Sequence record: NC_031039.1
DNA: 64,000 nucleotides
Reading direction: 5' to 3' (one strand)
The notes under the pieces are model-generated. The model did not search any database. It was not told where the DNA came from and saw nothing but the letters and a program-made list of their open reading frames with translations. Numbering within the stretch: position 1 is the stretch's first letter; each line of letters begins with the position of its first letter. Position numbers and translations under genes: made by a program. Below, in pieces: positions 39,964 through 50,522 of this stretch.

Positions 39964-40344
39964 ATGAATAAAATGAACTCAAGTAATTATGCAGTAGTAA
40001 GAGATTTAGAAAAAGAAGAGATTTTGATTGAAGAGAGAAAGACAAAAATTGAAAATTTCTTGAGTAACTTATACAATTATACATTCTTATCGTTAATTGT
40101 AATTACAGTTATTATTTGTTCTTGGAAGATGATTGATAACCATAATATCAATGTGCAATTTAATGATGCAAAGAAAGAAGAGATTATAGTTCAAAATGGG
40201 GAAACACTATGGACAATTGTTGATAAAACTAATTTCCAAAATGATTTAGATAAAGAAACTATTATCAGAAAAATTAGGGAAATAAATAATATGTCTACTA
40301 GTGATATTGTTGCTGGGGAAACTTTAGTTATTCCAGTTAAATAA
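39964..40344 (+). CDS. TM + LysM protein, YneA-like architecture
   Basis: TM helix then IVQNGETLWTIVDK..IIRKIREINNM..IVAGETLVIPV. Confidence 0.75.
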   Translation: MNKMNSSNYAVVRDLEKEEILIEERKTKIENFLSNLYNYTFLSLIVITVIICSWKMIDNHNINVQFNDAKKEEIIVQNGETLWTIVDKTNFQNDLDKETIIRKIREINNMSTSDIVAGETLVIPVK

Positions 40345-40370
40345 TAAATAAAATATGGGAGTGTTGTACT

Positions 40371-40745
40371 ATGAAGCAAACAATTTTTAACATTCAGGGG
40401 CATTCAAGTTATATAGATAATGGGGTTAATATTCCTCTTTCCTATGATGGAGATTTTGGAGGAAAGGATTTTAATATTCAGCTATTTGGTACAGCTCTCA
40501 ATATTATATTAAATAAAGATTATAATTTTACACAATACCTAGAATATATTGAACATTTTTCAGATGATATTAGTAAATTCTTTAACTCAAATTTATTAAA
40601 TGATATTAAATCCGTAGAATTTTCTTGGAAGGATAATAAAATTCGATTTGAAGTTTCTTTAGTAGGTGGAAGAATTTATTATTCAATTGGTTTAAATGGT
40701 AAGTCATATGGATTAGAAATAGAAGAAGTAGTAACAAATAATTAG
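40371..40745 (+). CDS. Hypothetical protein
   Basis: 124-aa ORF with SD GGAG. Confidence 0.7.
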   Translation: MKQTIFNIQGHSSYIDNGVNIPLSYDGDFGGKDFNIQLFGTALNIILNKDYNFTQYLEYIEHFSDDISKFFNSNLLNDIKSVEFSWKDNKIRFEVSLVGGRIYYSIGLNGKSYGLEIEEVVTNN

Positions 40746-40747
40746 AT

Positions 40748-40782
40748 AATAATGAGAGCATGGGCTCTCATTATTTTTTTTT
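40748..40782. terminator. Terminator between convergent genes
   Basis: AATAATGAGAGC/GCTCTCATTATT plus T tract. Confidence 0.8.
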
Positions 40783-42060
40783 TTATATTTTTATAATTTC
40801 ATCATCACTTACACTAGACATTGCCTTATCTTTAAGATCACCTAACTTTAAAAATTTATGGACATTTTTAATATTTTTTATATTTAATGTATCACTATTT
40901 AAAAGATTATCTATTTCATTAAGATGTCTCTTTATTTCATCTTTTTGTTGTTTAGATAATTCTTTGTTATTCTTTAATTCACTATCTAATTTTTTATACA
41001 TAAAAATAATTCTCTTATAAATAGTTGGGTGTGGATCAAAAAAATATGCTATTAAACTTGTTTGCATTTCAAATAGATTTAAATAACCAAGTAATACATT
41101 TTCTTTTTTTGATCCATAGGGAATATTAGCTAATGCTGTAGTTAAATTTGTTCCATAACCATAGATTACTGCAAAATTATCTGCAAACTTTTCAGCATCA
41201 TAAGATTTATATCTTACATTATCTGCAAGTAAAAATAGGTTTGTTACGATTTTACTTGGAAAGGAGCTAATATTCGTTCTTATATTATTTACCATGTTCA
41301 CACCAGTCATAATTGGTATTTCATCTATAATAGTTTTATTAATCTTTGATAGTTTTGAATACACTTTATAAGAAATGTCGAAATTATTTACCTTCTTTTC
41401 AATTATAGATGCTTTTTTAGGTGAAAATAATGAAACAGTTGATATAACAACCTGATAAAAAGATTTTAAAAAATAGTTACTAAATGCAATTAAAAATTTA
41501 TTATCCATTTTCTTTTTTTCTTTTTTACTTTTAGAAATATAAGTAACAGACTTAGAGAATTGTTTCATTATTGAATATATTGTACTAATTACTCCAAATG
41601 CCCGACTAATGTATCTAGATGCATCAATAGTTTTAGTTAGATAAAAGAATTCATGTCCTATTTCATGAAGCAAGACTGCAATTATTTCCTCTTCTGTCTT
41701 TTCTCTTATTAAATAAGAACTCATTCGTATAATGACCTCTTTATCTATTTTCCTTTTAAACCTAAAACCAGTATTAGTTTTTATAATACTATAATATTTC
41801 TCATCTTTTTTGAATTCATTAAAACTAAGGAAAGATGTTACACTTGCACTTAATACGCCTTCTTCTGGTGTGATCATTAAATTAATATTTTTAATATTAA
41901 ATAAGTTACCAATTTTTTTCTCAATTAGTTCTATCTCATCACATTTATTCGGATTCATACCTTTTTTCATTTTATTCTTCAATGAAGTTAAATATGTTTC
42001 AACTTCAATTAGAGTTTTATTTTTACCAAAGTAAGACTCCAATAGCAATGTCCTAACCAT
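40783..42060 (-). CDS. Probable virion protein with zinc-metallopeptidase (M48-like) motif
   Basis: LLHEIGHEF and EKFADNFAVIYGYG..L..AL; late promoter upstream. Confidence 0.65.
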   Translation of the reverse strand: MVRTLLLESYFGKNKTLIEVETYLTSLKNKMKKGMNPNKCDEIELIEKKIGNLFNIKNINLMITPEEGVLSASVTSFLSFNEFKKDEKYYSIIKTNTGFRFKRKIDKEVIIRMSSYLIREKTEEEIIAVLLHEIGHEFFYLTKTIDASRYISRAFGVISTIYSIMKQFSKSVTYISKSKKEKKKMDNKFLIAFSNYFLKSFYQVVISTVSLFSPKKASIIEKKVNNFDISYKVYSKLSKINKTIIDEIPIMTGVNMVNNIRTNISSFPSKIVTNLFLLADNVRYKSYDAEKFADNFAVIYGYGTNLTTALANIPYGSKKENVLLGYLNLFEMQTSLIAYFFDPHPTIYKRIIFMYKKLDSELKNNKELSKQQKDEIKRHLNEIDNLLNSDTLNIKNIKNVHKFLKLGDLKDKAMSSVSDDEIIKI

Positions 42061-42088
42061 CTAAAAACCCCCTTAACATTTAATATCT

Positions 42089-42129
42089 TAATAAAATGTT
42101 TCCTAATATACATAGTAAACATTTTATTA
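42089..42129. promoter_or_regulatory. Back-to-back late promoters, identical AAACATTTTATTA on each strand
   Basis: Minus copy 42089-42101, plus copy 42117-42129. Confidence 0.75.
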
Positions 42130-42156
42130 TAAACTGACAGGAGAGGAAGAAGTTTT

Positions 42157-43317
42157 ATGAATCACACTGTGATAAAAGATAACTTAGAAAAAGCTATTCA
42201 TGTTGCTTTATCTGATAAACATAATACTGACAAATTGAATCATATAGTTAAGAAATATATAGATCACAATAACCAAATATTATATGCAAATGCTCCATTA
42301 CAACGACTTTATTTCTCTGATACTGATAGAAATCATATTTTTGAATTAACAGGAGTGAAGAAAAATTATATTGGGGAAATCATAAAGAAAGTTGATATGA
42401 TTAAAAGTTCATGGAAAATTGTTAATAATCCATTCAATATTCTAATGGCAATGATTATCAGACAGTATTCTATTGATAAGAAAGAAGAGTCATTAAATAA
42501 TTCTCTCCTTTACCTAACTCTTTCGCTTTATAGCTCGCTACATTATAAGTACTTTCAGTATATTCCGAATGAGAATGTTATGAATTATACAATTAATAAC
42601 TTAAATAATAAATTTTTATTTAAACAGTATGGTGTAGTAATTAAAGCACTATTTCATACAGCTAATAAAACGTTAGAAAAATATGAAAAAGATTTAAAAA
42701 GAGGTAATGATGAAGATATAGTTAACTTTTTAATGTTTCTTCAGACACGTTTAAATAACTTAATGAAAAATTTTACTAGTGAATATATGAAGAATTATAA
42801 GAGTAAAAAGTATTTGAATACTGAAAAGGATAATACAGATGAAGATAATTTTTATGAAACTGATAATGTTTCATTAATGATATCTCGTCTAACTAGTCAA
42901 ACGACTAATAAGTTTTATTCAGGAGATTTAAATGATAGGCTAATTAGAGTTTCATCTAAATTTAGTGATGTAAGTCCTATCACACTTAAATATGCTTTAG
43001 AAAGTATTAAAAAGAATGAGCGAGAAAAAGTTGAAAGCCTTATTCAATCTATTCTACAGGTATATTTGATTGATGGAAAGAATAGTTATGAAAGTATAGC
43101 TTCTCAGAGATTTATTGCATATTGTATCTCCATATATTCTAAGAGTAATACAAAAGATGTGAATATCCTGAGAATTAAAAAACTTCTTGACTATTTTCTT
43201 AAGAATAATAGTAATAAATACAGTGAAACTGAGAGAGAAGCTACTAGAATCAGTTATAGAAAAGCATTTTATATGTATATTGTATTATTTATCCAGCAAA
43301 ATCAATTAAAACACTAA
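42157..43317 (+). CDS. Hypothetical late protein (probable virion/assembly)
   Basis: 386-aa ORF under late promoter, own terminator. Confidence 0.7.
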   Translation: MNHTVIKDNLEKAIHVALSDKHNTDKLNHIVKKYIDHNNQILYANAPLQRLYFSDTDRNHIFELTGVKKNYIGEIIKKVDMIKSSWKIVNNPFNILMAMIIRQYSIDKKEESLNNSLLYLTLSLYSSLHYKYFQYIPNENVMNYTINNLNNKFLFKQYGVVIKALFHTANKTLEKYEKDLKRGNDEDIVNFLMFLQTRLNNLMKNFTSEYMKNYKSKKYLNTEKDNTDEDNFYETDNVSLMISRLTSQTTNKFYSGDLNDRLIRVSSKFSDVSPITLKYALESIKKNEREKVESLIQSILQVYLIDGKNSYESIASQRFIAYCISIYSKSNTKDVNILRIKKLLDYFLKNNSNKYSETEREATRISYRKAFYMYIVLFIQQNQLKH

Positions 43318-43320
43318 AAG

Positions 43321-43360
43321 GTAATTACTGTCAATCAAATTTGACAGTAATTACTTATTT
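43321..43360 (+). terminator. Intrinsic terminator
   Basis: GTAATTACTGTCAA/TTGACAGTAATTAC. Confidence 0.8.
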
Positions 43361-43366
43361 CTCTTG

Positions 43367-43378
43367 AACATTACTATA
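43367..43378 (+). promoter_or_regulatory. Late-type promoter AACA-ttacta-TA for fibre operon
   Basis: Motif match before 43395-51867 gene run. Confidence 0.7.
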
Positions 43379-43403
43379 TAAATTAATAAAGGAGTTGAGG
43401 AAT

Positions 43404-43745
43404 ATGCCGAGTAATACAGCTAAGGGATGGGAAGACCAATTATCATGGGATGATTCAACAAGTACAGATGGTGGTTCTTCATCTATCACAATTGCACCTG
43501 AAGAACCAGTACAGCTTATCAGAGATCCAGAAACAAATCAGGTTACTAAGGTAGTTTATGGAAATATGTCTCGGATGATGGAAGGAGAACCTGTTGTCAT
43601 GTGGTCAGAAGAAATTCTTCGTGATGAGGAAACTGGTCAAGTAATTGGTATTAGAACTGTTAGACCTAATGGAACCTCTACAGTTGAAACTATTCTTCGT
43701 GATGAGAATGGCATGTTTCTTGGTACAGAATTAAAATATGAATAG
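43404..43745 (+). CDS. Structural protein with three RD-x-x-G beta-hairpin repeats
   Basis: LIRDPETNQV, ILRDEETGQV, ILRDENGMF; ATG 43404 preferred. Confidence 0.65.
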   Translation: MPSNTAKGWEDQLSWDDSTSTDGGSSSITIAPEEPVQLIRDPETNQVTKVVYGNMSRMMEGEPVVMWSEEILRDEETGQVIGIRTVRPNGTSTVETILRDENGMFLGTELKYE

Positions 43746-43757
43746 AGGTGATATAAA

Positions 43758-44459
43758 TTGGGTTTACCAAGTTTAATTATAAACTTTGAAGAGATTAAGG
43801 ATCCAATTATTAGAGCTATTAATGAAGCAGCAATTTCAGTATCAGTTGGTGATGTAACTTTAGATTCTTCCTCTATTACAATTGATACAACTGAAATTGA
43901 AAAGTCTTTAGATGATATTCTATCTAAATTAGGAACTGTTGACAGTAATATTAAATTAGTTCAGGATGCTAGTAAAAATATTCTTAATAGTTTAATTGCT
44001 CATGATAATAATCTTAAAAATTCAATGGATCAATTAGGAACTAAAATTGACAATATATTAAGTACAACTACAAGTATGTTTAATATATTGGAAGAAATTA
44101 AGAAACAATTGGCAACTGAAGGAAATCAAAGAGCCATTGGATACTCACTTGCAGTTCCAAGTGTAGCTGGTAGTTACACAAAAGTTTTTACTAGTGATAA
44201 AGATACTATTTTAACTGGGATAACTATCTCTCAATCAGCATGGAATAACAATGATAAATGGTCTCTAAAAATTGGTGATTTTATTATGTTTGATAGAATT
44301 TATACTAAAAATCGTGGAGAGCATAAAGAATTAAAGAAATTCTTTCCAGTACCAGCTAATACACCAGTAACATTTCAATTTGATAATACTAGTAGTGCCA
44401 ATAGTAAGTATGTATGGTTTGATATCGACTATATTGAAATTGATAAACCTACAGTTTGA
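43758..44459 (+). CDS. Fibre-operon paralog family C member 1
   Basis: MGLPSLIIN, coiled coil, C-terminal beta domain ending NTS..SKYVWFDIDY. Confidence 0.75.
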   Translation: MGLPSLIINFEEIKDPIIRAINEAAISVSVGDVTLDSSSITIDTTEIEKSLDDILSKLGTVDSNIKLVQDASKNILNSLIAHDNNLKNSMDQLGTKIDNILSTTTSMFNILEEIKKQLATEGNQRAIGYSLAVPSVAGSYTKVFTSDKDTILTGITISQSAWNNNDKWSLKIGDFIMFDRIYTKNRGEHKELKKFFPVPANTPVTFQFDNTSSANSKYVWFDIDYIEIDKPTV

Positions 44460-44475
44460 TTAGGAGGTAACTTAA

Positions 44476-45168
44476 ATGGGGCTTCCTTCTTATATAATAA
44501 ACTATAATGACTCTGCAAAATATATTCAGGAGGCTATTAGAGATGCTAGATTATCTTTATCCATAAGTGATGTTAATATGGATAAAGTCACTGAAGCTAT
44601 ATTAAATACTTCAGTAGTTGAAGGCAAATTAAGCTCGATAGTTGATATAAATGATGTTATTAATCAGACTATTTCTAATTTATCATCCGATATTGAAAAT
44701 ATATCTGACTTCATTGTTACAACAAGTGAAGAAAATAAAGAAATAATAAATCAAATTGAAACTAAATTAAAATCTCAGTTAGATGTTACAAAAAGTATTA
44801 AAGATACAGTATCTGGCATAGCTGATAAGCTAAGTCCTCAAGGAGAACAAAGAATTAAAGGTTTTTATGAATATGTTCCTCCTATAAGAGAGGATTTTAT
44901 ATTGGAGTTTATACAGAATAGAGATATTGAACTAACAGCAATTTCTATGTCCCAAATAGGCTGGAAATATGAAGATACCTATGATTTAATGGTTGGTGAA
45001 GATATTATATTTAGTAATATTTCTACAAAAGAAGTTGCCCAAAAAAAGAAATTTAATAAAGGACTAAAAGTACCTGCTAATACTTCTATAAAATTTATTC
45101 TTCATAATAATAGTGGTAATAGTAGACAGATGTGGTTAGATATAGAGTATTTAATAAAACCACAGTAA
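44476..45168 (+). CDS. Fibre-operon paralog family C member 2
   Basis: MGLPSYIIN...NNSGNSRQMWLDIEY. Confidence 0.75.
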   Translation: MGLPSYIINYNDSAKYIQEAIRDARLSLSISDVNMDKVTEAILNTSVVEGKLSSIVDINDVINQTISNLSSDIENISDFIVTTSEENKEIINQIETKLKSQLDVTKSIKDTVSGIADKLSPQGEQRIKGFYEYVPPIREDFILEFIQNRDIELTAISMSQIGWKYEDTYDLMVGEDIIFSNISTKEVAQKKKFNKGLKVPANTSIKFILHNNSGNSRQMWLDIEYLIKPQ

Positions 45169-45185
45169 GGAGGTTTATTCATTAA

Positions 45186-45872
45186 ATGGGAATGCCTTCT
45201 CATATTATTAATCGTGAAGATCTAGAACAAATAATTATTCAGGCTCTTAATTCTAACAGTTTAAAAGTCAATTTAACAGGTTTAAAACTTCCAGAGACAG
45301 TTATTTCAGGAAATACAGAAGGTATTGAAACTGGGATGAAATCAATATTAGATGTATTGAATACACAGTCTCAGAATGCTCAAGACTTATTTATGTCTGT
45401 CAGTAACTTATTAGCAAATACTACCATAGTTGAGGACTTATATATTGACAGATTATATGATTTGTCATTACTAGTTTCAAGATTAATTGCTGAAGAATTA
45501 GAGATAAATGAATTATTAAATAAAATAAAAGATTATTTATCTCTAAAAGGAATTGATAAGTCAGTTAGTATTCGTAAAGATATTCCAAGTGTTAATGGAA
45601 CCTACTATTTGAATTGTAAAGTTTCTGAAGAATCAAATATTACTAAAATTACAAGTTTTCAAAATCAATATGATTTTTCAGACTGTTGGGATTTAAGAGT
45701 TAATGGAGTAACTGTGTTTGAAAATGTTTTTTCTAAGGGAATTGAACAAAGAAAATATTTTTCTTCACCTTTAAAAGTTATTCCTACTGATAGAGTTGAA
45801 TTTTTATTTTATAATAATAGTGGAAAACAAAAAACTATATATTATGATATTGATTTTCTCACTATTAGCTAA
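45186..45872 (+). CDS. Fibre-operon paralog family C member 3
   Basis: MGMPSHIIN...NNSGKQKTIYYDIDF. Confidence 0.75.
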   Translation: MGMPSHIINREDLEQIIIQALNSNSLKVNLTGLKLPETVISGNTEGIETGMKSILDVLNTQSQNAQDLFMSVSNLLANTTIVEDLYIDRLYDLSLLVSRLIAEELEINELLNKIKDYLSLKGIDKSVSIRKDIPSVNGTYYLNCKVSEESNITKITSFQNQYDFSDCWDLRVNGVTVFENVFSKGIEQRKYFSSPLKVIPTDRVEFLFYNNSGKQKTIYYDIDFLTIS

Positions 45873-45946
45873 TTTCCTAGCTAAATAATACCCCATTAAT
45901 GGAAGGAGGAAGTTACTACTATTATAATAGTAGTAGCAAAAATAAT

Positions 45947-46990
45947 ATGGCTTTAGTAGATTACAATCTTAGAAGCAATGATAAGTTCTACTACACAGAG
46001 GGTTCTACTTCTGTCGGTGATCTTATTAAAAATGTAGCCAATGAATTTGTTACAAAAGCTGGAACTGAGTATGCATGGACATTAGAATCACCATCAGCTA
46101 TTTCTAATGTCACAAATAAGGTAATCCTATCTACAACAACTTCATTTGGAAAAACTTTCTATTTAAAAATCTTTAGACCAGAGACTACAGATGCAAATAA
46201 TGTAGTTTCAGTTCCACTTACTTATGTAAATATGGCAATCGGTACTGAATTTAATGCTGAAACTGAGGATTTAGTAGAAGGTAAGGTATCACCAGTAACT
46301 AAATTATCTTGGTACAAAGATGATATTGATCCAAGTATCAAATCATGGCTACCAGTTTCATATTGGATGAATATTACAAAAGATGCAGTTAACCTTGTAT
46401 TCCGTGGAGATCCATCTGCTGATAATTATCCATATAAAAAATTCTTAGTAGGTTATGCATATATTGGTGCAGTTACACCATTAGAAGATGGTCAATCACC
46501 AGATGTAGAATATAACTTTGGTATTACTACTTCTTCTGCAAGCGAACCAGTAATGAGCAATGCTTATGGACCAAGAACTGGTACAGGAATCACTGATATC
46601 TTGATGGTAGCAAACAAAATTGGTATGCCATATCAGCCGCACTATCCATCATTCTATGGTTCTAATCAGTTTATGGATAAGATGAATATTGAGGGTTCAC
46701 GTTGGAACAACCAAAAACATCAATTTTCAGATATTACTGTTACTCACTCTATTGATATGGAACGTGGTAAAATGCAGAATATCCTAGTTGGTGATAATTC
46801 AGCTCTTTATGATAATGATAAACTTGTATACAAAGAAGGTACTACAGAACAATTAACTTATAAGAAATTCCAGATTTCTGCACCTTATAGTTTCCTAAAC
46901 AATAGTTCTAATACACAATATTGTATTGCGATTAGATGCTATAATCCAGATGGTATTTCAAAAGTTGAAGATGGTACTACTACTAGTTAA
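45947..46990 (+). CDS. Probable major virion fibre/structural protein
   Basis: Beta-rich SWYK..WLPVSYW..RGDPSAD..YAYIG..RTGTGITDI family motif; ATG 45947 preferred over SD-less 45899. Confidence 0.6.
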   Translation: MALVDYNLRSNDKFYYTEGSTSVGDLIKNVANEFVTKAGTEYAWTLESPSAISNVTNKVILSTTTSFGKTFYLKIFRPETTDANNVVSVPLTYVNMAIGTEFNAETEDLVEGKVSPVTKLSWYKDDIDPSIKSWLPVSYWMNITKDAVNLVFRGDPSADNYPYKKFLVGYAYIGAVTPLEDGQSPDVEYNFGITTSSASEPVMSNAYGPRTGTGITDILMVANKIGMPYQPHYPSFYGSNQFMDKMNIEGSRWNNQKHQFSDITVTHSIDMERGKMQNILVGDNSALYDNDKLVYKEGTTEQLTYKKFQISAPYSFLNNSSNTQYCIAIRCYNPDGISKVEDGTTTS

Positions 46991-47014
46991 TTAACAAGGG
47001 AGAGGATGTAGACT

Positions 47015-49594
47015 ATGTTTTTGCAAAGATTTTCATTTAAAACTGGTCTACCTCTATTTGCCCATAGATTTCGTTATACATTTAAAGCTTATTTAATTAA
47101 TGGCTCATCAGTTTTTTTAAAAATTGATGAGTCTCCTAAAAAAATAGTTAAAAATAAAAATTTATCTATTCTTAAGTCAATTCATAATCTCTATTTAAAT
47201 AAAAAAGAGGTTTTATTAGATTTTTTTGTTAAGGAATTAGATAAAACAGCAAAGTCTACTAAAAAATTAACCGTACCTAATAAATTAATAGACAAAAAAA
47301 TTGATAAATATACAGTAGAAATTCTTAATAAAAGGATTTATACTGTAGAAAAAAATAACTTAAATGTATATAAGACGAATTCTTTACTGGACTATATAGA
47401 GATGGATAAAAATAAATTAAGAAAAACATCTCATAACATTAGTACCATTAATAGTATAAACATTAATGGTATTACATATGAGATATATATTCCAAATAAT
47501 AATTTAACAGTTTCTTCTGATAAGAGAAAAATAATTTATAATACAATTAGTACTTTATTAGAGACTAAGTATAGATTCGTTAACACAGAGGGAAATTATT
47601 TTCAGATTAGCAATGAATCCATGAAGGAATTAAATCTTGAGAGTGATTTAATTGAATTATATAGAAATAACAAAAATCATATTAATGTATATAATACTAT
47701 TAATACTCTTGTAAAGAATAACTATAAATTAGATTTAGCAACTTTATCTATTAAATTAGGAGATGAAAATGTTAGATCTATTAATATAAATAATATTATA
47801 TATGATATTTATAAAAATTCATTGCATCAAATCAAAAAAGATACTCAAAAAGTTCATCATTTAGATACAATTGTTATAAAGGATATTAATAAGAATTCTG
47901 ATACTCTTGGATTAATTAAGAGAGTTATTAGAAGTGGAAATAATATTAATACTGTTAACACTCTTAGTAAAGATGGAGATAAAAATATCTCTAAATTACT
48001 TAATGGGTGGAAGTTTATTAGAAAGGAACCTACTTGGGAGATAAGTAAACCTAGTAATAGTTTTAATATAAATAAAGATACAATTAAAGATATAACTATA
48101 AATAATGAAAAAGTATATTTTAAAAAGACAACTATGATGGATACATCTTTTAAGTTTCTAGTCTATTCATTGTTAGATATTTCAAAAGTGAATATTGATT
48201 ATAATACTAAGATTTCTTTTTTACAGTCAATCTCAAGAAAGGATTTATCATTAGTTAGGAATGATTATTACTTACATCCAATTAATGAAAAAGATATTTT
48301 TAATTTCACTTTCATTGATTATCTTGAAAAAATAAATAATCAAAATTTATTTATTGATGTAAATGATAATTTCTTAATAAATAATAGTTCCAAATCAGTT
48401 ACAGCGACAAGTAATAATCAATATTTATTTAAATCAGATCTTAAGAATATTATTAATGACTCAAATATATCCAAGTACTATAGTCCTAATACAGTAAGGG
48501 ATATAAATAAAATTAATAAAACTTTTGATTTGGGTAAGCATTATAAATTCATGAGTAATCCTATCCATAAAGATTTTAATTTAAATATAAAACAACCAGA
48601 GGGTTTATTTGAAACACTATCTAATTATTATTTGAATATTGATAATGGAGATAATTTTATTTTTATTCCTAATAGTGAGTTCCTGAGTAATTTTGAAAAT
48701 AAAATTATTAGTGTAAATTATAATAATTATAATTTATTTAAAAGTGAATTACCAAATATTACAAATAATTATAATTACTCATTAGATAAGTTAAACTATA
48801 TTAAGATAGATAAAAGAAAATTTATATCAGTTAAAGATATTTTAAATCCCAATATTGATATAAATATTGTCAAAAAACAACTAAGACTAATCGAAGATAA
48901 AAGATTAGATAAGTTTAAATATGTTGATTCAGTGAATTTTCTTACATTAAATAAACGCTGGTGGTTTATAAAACCAACTAATCCAAAAACAAGAATAAAT
49001 ATTCCATCTATTGACTATCCTTATGAAAATAAACCAGTAATGGATATAAAAGAGCATCCTATTCAAGCATTTAAAGATTTAGGCACTAATGATATTGATG
49101 TCAGTATTGAGATTTTACTTGAATTAGTCAATATTGTTATGCATTGGTGGCATCACTCGTATAATGAACTTTATAGAGGTCTAGGTGATGAGTCTATTAT
49201 TGGTATTATGAATGTATTAAATGAATGGTGGAATCTAGAATCTTCTCAAAATCAAGTTAATGACGATAAGACTAACAAAGAATATGAACGAGTTTTTAGA
49301 TGGATTAGATGGGAAGCTGAAAAGGTATACTTTGATTTCAAGAAAGACTACCAAAACAATTTAATATATAACGGTAATTATTATATGGAGATATTTACCA
49401 AAAATCTTTTAGAATATATTGAATTTCACCACTATATGATTGTACCTATTTATAAATCTTTAGATCGAATGGATATTATGAGGGCAATAATGGATGATGA
49501 TCCACAGGGAGATATTATGATTGAACTTCCTGATAAAAATAAAGGTGAAAGAGATTATATTATTGATTCTGAAGATAGTAATTATCTCTTGTAA
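47015..49594 (+). CDS. Large Asn/Ile/Lys-rich virion structural protein
   Basis: Low-complexity core, C-terminal RWWF..DYPY..RWIRWEAEKVYF domain; in late operon. Confidence 0.6.
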   Translation: MFLQRFSFKTGLPLFAHRFRYTFKAYLINGSSVFLKIDESPKKIVKNKNLSILKSIHNLYLNKKEVLLDFFVKELDKTAKSTKKLTVPNKLIDKKIDKYTVEILNKRIYTVEKNNLNVYKTNSLLDYIEMDKNKLRKTSHNISTINSININGITYEIYIPNNNLTVSSDKRKIIYNTISTLLETKYRFVNTEGNYFQISNESMKELNLESDLIELYRNNKNHINVYNTINTLVKNNYKLDLATLSIKLGDENVRSININNIIYDIYKNSLHQIKKDTQKVHHLDTIVIKDINKNSDTLGLIKRVIRSGNNINTVNTLSKDGDKNISKLLNGWKFIRKEPTWEISKPSNSFNINKDTIKDITINNEKVYFKKTTMMDTSFKFLVYSLLDISKVNIDYNTKISFLQSISRKDLSLVRNDYYLHPINEKDIFNFTFIDYLEKINNQNLFIDVNDNFLINNSSKSVTATSNNQYLFKSDLKNIINDSNISKYYSPNTVRDINKINKTFDLGKHYKFMSNPIHKDFNLNIKQPEGLFETLSNYYLNIDNGDNFIFIPNSEFLSNFENKIISVNYNNYNLFKSELPNITNNYNYSLDKLNYIKIDKRKFISVKDILNPNIDINIVKKQLRLIEDKRLDKFKYVDSVNFLTLNKRWWFIKPTNPKTRINIPSIDYPYENKPVMDIKEHPIQAFKDLGTNDIDVSIEILLELVNIVMHWWHHSYNELYRGLGDESIIGIMNVLNEWWNLESSQNQVNDDKTNKEYERVFRWIRWEAEKVYFDFKKDYQNNLIYNGNYYMEIFTKNLLEYIEFHHYMIVPIYKSLDRMDIMRAIMDDDPQGDIMIELPDKNKGERDYIIDSEDSNYLL

Positions 49595-49611
49595 ATTAGG
49601 GAGGAAAAAAT

Positions 49612-49887
49612 ATGGCAACAACTACTGGTCCAACTTATAATTCTGTAGGAAGTACTAGTTCTTCTTTTAAACAACCAAGACAAAAAATGTGGGGAGTTTT
49701 TAGCCGTCCAAACTCACAGGACGGAGCAAAATATTGGGAATTGACTTTGCTGACCAACAGTCTTCAAGAAGCTAAGGAAAAAGTTAATGATTGGTTAAAA
49801 AATCCACCAACTGGTCAATATGCTCAAGCTGGATTGAATAACATCATTCTTTGCGAAGTTGTTCCTGTTGATATGGAAGTAATTTAA
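49612..49887 (+). CDS. Fibre-operon paralog family D member 1
   Basis: FKQPRQKMWGVF..W.L.LLTNSLQEAKEKVNDWL..AGLNNIILCEVVP. Confidence 0.8.
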   Translation: MATTTGPTYNSVGSTSSSFKQPRQKMWGVFSRPNSQDGAKYWELTLLTNSLQEAKEKVNDWLKNPPTGQYAQAGLNNIILCEVVPVDMEVI

Positions 49888-49908
49888 CTTTAATAGGAGG
49901 AATTTAGT

Positions 49909-50508
49909 ATGGGCAGATTTGATCCAGTTACTTATAAGTCACTGGCTAATGAAGATAATACATTTAATAGATTGCGTCAAAAGACATGGGGAGTCTTTAT
50001 TGTTAGTGAATATAAAGAAACAGATGGAGAACCAGTTCCAGTTAATGCATCTTCAATGAAAGAAGAATATACATTATTTGGAATCGAAAGTTCGAATTTA
50101 GCAAAAAGAGATTATTCTATTAAGGATTATGATCCAAATGCAATTATTCCAAAAACTGGTCCAGAAGGTGAAGAAATTAAAACAATTCTTAATGTTTCTA
50201 TTCTTAAAGATGGAGCAACCAAACTAGGAACTAAAAGAATTCTTGATGGTTCAATTTTTAAAGATAATCAACCCTATTATGCTGATAGTGATCTATTGTA
50301 TGATAATGTTAAAATCTATTACTACTATTCAAAGGTAAAAGATTATTCATGGAATCTCGTATTACTAACAAAAAGTCTTCAAGAAGCTAAAGATAAGGTA
50401 AATGATTGGTTGCGTTTACCTGAGATTGGTAGTAATTATCCATTAGCTGGTATAAACAGCATAATGATTACAGAAATAGTACCTTCTGACAGTATAATTG
50501 AATTATAG
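49909..50508 (+). CDS. Fibre-operon paralog family D member 2 (with about 110-aa insert)
   Basis: FNRLRQKTWGVF..[insert]..WNLVLLTKSLQEAKDKVNDWL..AGINSIMITEIVP. Confidence 0.8.
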   Translation: MGRFDPVTYKSLANEDNTFNRLRQKTWGVFIVSEYKETDGEPVPVNASSMKEEYTLFGIESSNLAKRDYSIKDYDPNAIIPKTGPEGEEIKTILNVSILKDGATKLGTKRILDGSIFKDNQPYYADSDLLYDNVKIYYYYSKVKDYSWNLVLLTKSLQEAKDKVNDWLRLPEIGSNYPLAGINSIMITEIVPSDSIIEL

Positions 50509-50522
50509 GGAGGGATATATAG

